This document shows, piece after piece, positions 63,330-64,000 of a DNA stretch of 64,000 nt. How positions within the stretch are numbered: the stretch's first letter is position 1; the number at the start of each line of letters is the position of its first letter. The position numbers and the translations under genes are program-made. Source of the DNA: the human T2T-CHM13v2.0 reference genome, Homo sapiens. The stretch lies in NCBI RefSeq assembly GCF_009914755.1, contig NC_060926.1; one strand, 5' to 3'. The notes under the pieces are model-generated. The model was not told the origin of the DNA, did no database searches, and saw only the letters and a program-made list of their open reading frames with translations.

Positions 63330-64000
<671 letters not shown>

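Overview
Primate genomic DNA, very likely human (it contains an AluYa5-type insertion). It looks like the interior of a very long intron in a GC-rich distal chromosome band. I recognised no known protein-coding exon, RNA gene or gene symbol, and nearly all ORF-track entries are repeat-derived or chance ORFs. Contents: (i) about 17 tandem-repeat arrays, roughly 10 kb or 16% of the window by hand estimate; (ii) a degraded ERVL gag-pro-pol segment (~1.7-6.0 kb) with nested insertions, including a 13-bp minisatellite that grew out of the pol sequence itself; (iii) a full-length Tigger1, plus Tigger2a, MER58, MADE2, a MER53-like element, MLT1, old L1/L2/CR1 pieces, many MIRs and six Alu insertions; (iv) minus-strand splice-site clusters at ~55.05-55.26 kb (a 102-nt frame-preserving candidate exon) and ~17.1-17.2 kb, suggesting minus-strand host transcription; (v) unique islands carrying CTCF, RFX and homeodomain motifs. 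I found no convincing wholly new biological system. The best leads are a ~46-copy array with a perfect PRDM9 13-mer in most units, the ERVL-born minisatellite, and the paired candidate exons beside an E-box array. Repeat-family calls come from remembered consensus sequences and copy numbers are hand counts.
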